A stretch of 29,200 nucleotides of DNA, from contig CAJVPI010000001.1 in the NCBI GenBank assembly GCA_910592345.1, forward strand, positions 124,001-153,200. The letters run 5' to 3'. This DNA comes from Paraglomus brasilianum. Its lineage: Eukaryota. Both the position numbers and the translations under genes were made by a program. This document shows, piece after piece, positions 24,985-29,200 of this stretch. Numbering within the stretch: position 1 is the stretch's first letter; every line of letters begins with the position of its first letter. Below the pieces are notes generated by a model. The model ran no database searches. It was not told the DNA's origin and saw only the letters and a list, made by a program, of their open reading frames with translations.

Positions 24985-25366
24985 TATGGCAATTTTATTT
25001 CCGTTGTTGGATGTTAAACTTGCATCTCCGTTTCATAGACAAAATAATATTTTGTACTATTTCTTGGGGGATTTTTTCCCACTCTTCACTCATAAATCGC
25101 TTCAATTTATCTACATCTTTGGGCATTCATTATTCTTCATAATAAACCACATATTTTCTATCGGATTAAGTCTGTGCTGTTGGACGTCCACTACTACTAC
25201 CCTTCTTTGCGTTCAATAGATTTGCATTCTTTGAGCTTGTGAAGATTATTCTCAACTGTACATAGAGAAATGCCAGTTTTTTGTGTATTTTTTTTGCTAA
25301 ACAAATGCCATTTTGCCAATAGTGCAAAATAGTTTGTCGCTGAGTTTCAAATTTAGACTTAACCAT
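24985..25366 (-). mobile_element. Internally deleted Tc1-family transposase relic
   Basis: An N-terminal HTH region (MVKSKFETQRQTILHYWQNGI..., KTGISLCTVENNLHKLKECKSIERKEG, SGRP) is joined directly to LNPIENMW...LKRFMSEEWEKIPQEIVQNIILSMKRRC, the Tc1 DD34E terminal Glu motif and tail. Confidence 0.88.
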
Positions 25367-25461
25367 GTTATAAAGCTCTACAAAGACAAACTTTTAAATT
25401 ATTTCCTTATAGAAACGGGCAATAATCAAAAAAATTCTTGGAAAAAATTAGTAAACGAAGT

Positions 25462-25503
25462 AGTGGTATAATTATAGTCTGTATAGACTATAATTATACC
25501 ACT
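25462..25503. repeat. Perfect 19-bp inverted repeat with a 4-nt loop
   Basis: AGTGGTATAATTATAGTCT-GTAT-AGACTATAATTATACCACT, extendable imperfectly by CGAAGT/AGTTCG. Confidence 0.95.
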
Positions 25504-25537
25504 TAGTTCGGACTATAACCATCCCAGGTATGTGTCG

Positions 25538-25711
25538 TGACGACAGAAACACGACACCGTCGTCAGTGTCGTGATATATATTTTATGACACATTTTTGAC
25601 GATAGAAATGCGACACCGTCGTCAGTGTCGTGATATATATTTTATGACACATTTTTGACGATAGAAATGCGACACCATCGTCAGTGTCGTGATATATATT
25701 TTATGACACAT
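25538..25711 (+). repeat. 59-bp tandem repeat x3 with internal palindromes
   Basis: The unit TGACGA(C/T)AGAAA..CGACACC(G/A)TCGTCAGTGTCGTGATATATATTTTATGACACAT occurs at 25538, 25597 and 25656. Confidence 0.96.
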
Positions 25712-25791
25712 GGATAAAAAAATATATCTGATGATGCATCCAATTATATATCGTCATTTATGGGCCCGACGTGAGGGCTATGCCCGAAATT

Positions 25792-26175
25792 GGCACGTAG
25801 TGCCTTAGCTTTCTGATTAATTCCTCGATGAGGGCCAGGTTTGAGGCACGTAGTGCCGAAATAGTATTCGTATTCTGGCTTTGTATGATGCATTCGAATA
25901 TCGATCGAGGATGAGGCACATAGTGCCGAATTGTTAACATATCTGGTATTACATCAAAGCATCCAATAATGAGGCACGTAGTGCCGAATTGCTAACTATT
26001 ATAATGCATTCGAATATCGATCGAGGATGAGGCACGTAGTGCCGAATTGCTAACTATTATAATGCACTCGAGTATCAATCAAGGATGAGGCACGTAGTGC
26101 CGAATTGTTAGCATATCTGGTAATAACACCAAAGCATCCGATGATGAGGTACGTAGTGCCGAATTGTTAACATAT
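25792..26175 (+). repeat. Regularly spaced palindromic array: 7 copies of GGCACGTAGTGCC
   Basis: Cores lie at 25792, 25845, 25915, 25973, 26031, 26089 and 26148 (spacing 53, 70, 58, 58, 58, 59). Two cores carry a single substitution, and there are two recurring spacer types. Confidence 0.95.
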
Positions 26176-26228
26176 CTGTTGATACCCCAAAGCATAATTA
26201 TATATATTATATATCTTTCTGTAATAAT

Positions 26229-27123
26229 TATACCTTGGGGTATCACTTTTTTTCGATACCTATTTATATGTAATCCCAAAGCATAATTTTATATATTATA
26301 TATCTTTTTATAATAATTATACCTTGGGATATCATCTTTTTTCAGATTTAGCTAGCTTATATTGATACCTAAATCGTACTTTTTATATATTTCAAAATAT
26401 CATTATATCGAAAACTTTGGGATATTCCTATATCGAAATTTTGGAATAACACTATATCGAAAACTTTGGGATATCATTATTATTATATCGAAAACTTTGG
26501 GATATCATTATATCGAAAACTTTGGGATATTATCATCAAAAAACGTGAACACTATTTATAACCAGAAAATGAAACCTGGGGTATCGCTAATTCGAAAACT
26601 TTGGAGTATCATTTTTTTCGATACCTTGAAGTATCATTTTTATTGATACCTAAAATAGACAATACAAAAATGGTTATCGACTCCTGATACGTATATTATA
26701 TGCGCATTTTTTTTCGGAATGCGACCACTTTTATTTCGGAACTTTATAATCTAGATATCAAAGTATTAATTTTTGATTTGAATTTTTTCTCATACTTATT
26801 GTAAGAGGTGACAAAAACCCCCTACCTGAGATGAATAACTAGTTAAATGTAGCAATCTCTCTGCTTCAGAAATTACTACTAAAACTAGATGATATTGTCT
26901 TAGTACCTTATGCTTGCTTTATTAAAAGATTTATAACGATTATGCATATTCAATGATTGCTAGAGATTTATTTTTCAATTCTTTTTTGTGCGGAGTAGTA
27001 GGAACTTTCATTTTAGCCTCAAAATTTCGCTTATATTCCAGGAAAGCGACCTCGTCCATACTCTCGCGCTTTTTTTTCTTTTTTTCTCTCGAGTTCGAAA
27101 AAAAAGTGATACCCCAAGGTATA
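26229..27123. mobile_element. Putative non-autonomous TIR element (~0.9 kb) with subterminal repeats
   Basis: TATACCTTGGGGTATCACTTTTTTTCGA (26229-26256) is the reverse complement of TCGAAAAAAAAGTGATACCCCAAGGTATA (27095-27123), apart from a 1-nt homopolymer difference. Internal repeats are related to the TIR. Confidence 0.55.
26404..26532 (+). repeat. ~25-bp tandem repeat TATATCGAAAACTTTGGGATATCAT x5
   Basis: Copies lie at ~26404, 26429, 26453, 26484 and 26509, with a variant near 26592. Confidence 0.93.
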
Positions 27124-27279
27124 TTTAACTAAAATATCTAAAATTGAGTGATGAAGGTGAGATTATATCAGCTTATCCAATCTACATATATCACTAATTT
27201 TCATTAATAACTTTTTATATGCTTTAGTAGAACCTTCTTTGAAGATAAATCAGAGAATATCAAATATAAATCAAACTTA

Positions 27280-27672
27280 ATGTATCATACCTATAACCCG
27301 TTTGACCAGCCAGAGTTAATAGCGCATATTATCAAAAATCTAGCACCAAAAGATCTCGCAAAATGCCTTCATATCAATCAAATATGGAATAAGGAAGCAA
27401 AACGTGAGTTCTTTATAAGGCAAGAAAAACTTGAAGATATATTTTGGGAATTAGATTCAGAATTAGAAGAAGCTAGAGAAGAATATGCTTGGTGGATTGG
27501 TGGGGCTAATCCGAAAATCGAAAACCCTTATGTAAGAATAAATTTTTTGAATAGTAAGTTGTTTGGAATTATTAAAAGACTGCAAGAATTAGAACATTAC
27601 ATGTTGAGTAATAATATCATTGATAGAATAGAGGGGGCACATTATATGTATGGTAAGGTTATTTCAATATAA
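27280..27672 (+). CDS. Intronless 130-aa protein with an N-terminal F-box-like motif
   Basis: Intact ATG-TAA ORF. PELIAHIIKNLAPKDLAKCLHINQIWNKEA fits the F-box consensus and is followed by an acidic helical region. Confidence 0.75.
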   Translation: MYHTYNPFDQPELIAHIIKNLAPKDLAKCLHINQIWNKEAKREFFIRQEKLEDIFWELDSELEEAREEYAWWIGGANPKIENPYVRINFLNSKLFGIIKRLQELEHYMLSNNIIDRIEGAHYMYGKVISI

Positions 27673-27707
27673 GCCAGTATATAAATATTGAAATATTCAG
27701 TTAAATT

Positions 27708-28859
27708 CTAATACTTGGTTATCTGACCACATATCCCGCAAAATCGATCACTTTTTTTATGACCCTTTATTTCAAAGAAATGGCTCTTTGAGCCTAGAGT
27801 CGCTCCTTCGGGCCTGTGAAGCAATGGCACTTCGAGTCTACCTATATTCCTGCATCTTACAAACCACACAACTGCAATAATTAACAGAGCAAGAAAAATA
27901 TATGCCGATAGCGGTGACATTAAAGTGCTTGCCACAGCAGGAAGAGGTAAAGCCTCGAGACTAGGTCTCATCTGGGCATTCGATTTAATCAAAGAGGACA
28001 TATGCGGTTTAGCACTAATTTCGCTAATGCTAGTTTCATCGCTTACCTTGGGGTTGATCTCGGTATCATTTTTTGGTAGTTCGGTAATCTCACCATCGAT
28101 TTTTTCAGCTTGATCCATACTTTTTCCGCGTACAAAATACTTACTTAGATTTTTGCTAGATGAGGCATAGCCTCGAATCACTGATTCCTCATTAATTGCA
28201 GATATATCGTCAGGCTTAGTTATGGAACTTTGTTCCTCGCACAGCGTATTTTTTATTTTGGAAACAGGCCCATAGGGGCGACTCGAAGAGTCATGGGAAA
28301 AGCTTTGCCCCTCGTCATTCCCGCCAACTATGGGTTTTGATATAGCCTCCGATTTCAGACACTCAAGTTCATCGACCTTCGATTCCAATTCACTCTTTAT
28401 ATTTTCTAATTCAGCTATTTTGTATTTGAGAGATGCAATCTCAGTTTCTTTTTTCGATGAGTCGTTTTGAATTGAAATCACATCTTTCTGGGTTGAAGAC
28501 AACTTACCTTCCAATATCTTAATCATAGACTCAAGCGATCTAATTTTCTTGGATTTTATATCATTCTCAGCTTTGGACTTCGCAAGAGAAATGTCTATAT
28601 TAGCGTTTTCAATCCGTAAACGCCTAGCTTTATCATTGAGATCGAGATCATGAGTACGTAATTTCTGAATCTCAGTATTAGCATCTCCTAGTTTCTGACC
28701 CCACTTATTTCTCTCCCGGTCCCATCCCTTTCTTTCTTGATTAAAATTTTCCTCTTGCTTTATGAATTTATTCCGTAGCTCACTGCTATAGTTACGCAAT
28801 TTAGAAGAGGATTGGAGGATACGATGTATTTCTTCCTCAAGATCTTTCACATATGTCAT
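27708..28859 (-). CDS. Intronless 383-aa coiled-coil protein with one C-terminal transmembrane helix and a terminal CxxC
   Basis: This is the longest ORF in the window. About 170 aa of heptad-like K/E/L-rich N-terminus is followed by a low-complexity linker, hydrophobic AYIFLALLIIAVVWFV and FCGICG at the C-terminus. Confidence 0.8.
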   Translation of the reverse strand: MTYVKDLEEEIHRILQSSSKLRNYSSELRNKFIKQEENFNQERKGWDRERNKWGQKLGDANTEIQKLRTHDLDLNDKARRLRIENANIDISLAKSKAENDIKSKKIRSLESMIKILEGKLSSTQKDVISIQNDSSKKETEIASLKYKIAELENIKSELESKVDELECLKSEAISKPIVGGNDEGQSFSHDSSSRPYGPVSKIKNTLCEEQSSITKPDDISAINEESVIRGYASSSKNLSKYFVRGKSMDQAEKIDGEITELPKNDTEINPKVSDETSISEISAKPHMSSLIKSNAQMRPSLEALPLPAVASTLMSPLSAYIFLALLIIAVVWFVRCRNIGRLEVPLLHRPEGATLGSKSHFFEIKGHKKSDRFCGICGQITKY

Positions 28860-28934
28860 ATCAAATAAAAGATAATATAATAAAAAAATATGGATGAATC
28901 TCGATACTAAATATTCATATTATATATGTTGTAT

Positions 28935-29080
28935 ATAATTTGTGTCGCTATATAAATCCCGGATTTATATATATAATTTGTGGTACGCAATTTATATATA
29001 TAATTTGTGGCAGATCCCCCAGAACGCAATTTATATGTATAATTTGTGGCAGATCCCCCAGAATGCATATAATTCGTGGC
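28935..29080 (+). repeat. Imperfect tandem repeat (ATAATTTGTGG core, ~27-39 bp period) upstream of the coiled-coil ORF
   Basis: Cores lie at ~28935, 28973, 29000, 29039 and 29068. Two copies include CAGATCCCCCAGAA. Confidence 0.9.
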
Positions 29081-29200
29081 CGACAAATTTACCACCCCCT
29101 GATATGATGATAATAATCACATCGATTATCTGATAAACAGGGCTCTTTTAAGTTCAATTTTCAAAAATTTAATTATGCTGAACTACACTTTCGGTATTCT

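Noticed and set aside
25792..26175. Canonical CRISPR array
   Set aside because: Spacers recur as two types rather than being unique, there are no cas genes in the window, and the context is eukaryotic.
26362..26646. 94-aa ORF (also 28907-29133 ORFs)
   Set aside because: These are translations of tandem repeats, not credible genes.
1..29200. tRNA or rRNA genes
   Set aside because: No cloverleaf or rRNA-like conserved sequence was recognised by eye. A covariance-model search was not possible.

Overview
AT-rich eukaryotic DNA with short GT-AG introns. It most resembles an early-diverging fungus such as Mucoromycota/Glomeromycotina, but that is inferred from gene content and style only. The first ~25 kb is mainly decayed sequence. 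It holds intron-retaining, frameshifted fragments of conserved genes (CPSF160/Cft1 C-terminus, a DIP2/Cps1 tandem adenylate-forming enzyme, a probable PPR protein) and a head-to-head inverted duplication of a coiled-coil gene relic. It also holds internally deleted pogo/Tigger and Tc1 transposases, solo pogo-type ends, a MITE, a CpG-free LINE-like relic and several local duplications and triplications. The last ~3.7 kb (25.45-29.2 kb) is different. It is a dense stack of palindromic arrays, including a 7-copy GGCAC-GTA-GTGCC triloop array with ~58-bp spacing, plus a ~0.9 kb TIR-bounded unit. It ends with the only two intact-looking, intronless, tightly convergent ORFs: an F-box-like protein and a coiled-coil/transmembrane protein whose coding sequence contains the same kind of triloop mini-hairpins. 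This block is the best candidate for an undescribed mobile or virus-like element. All protein identifications come from manual translation and motif recall, not database searches.
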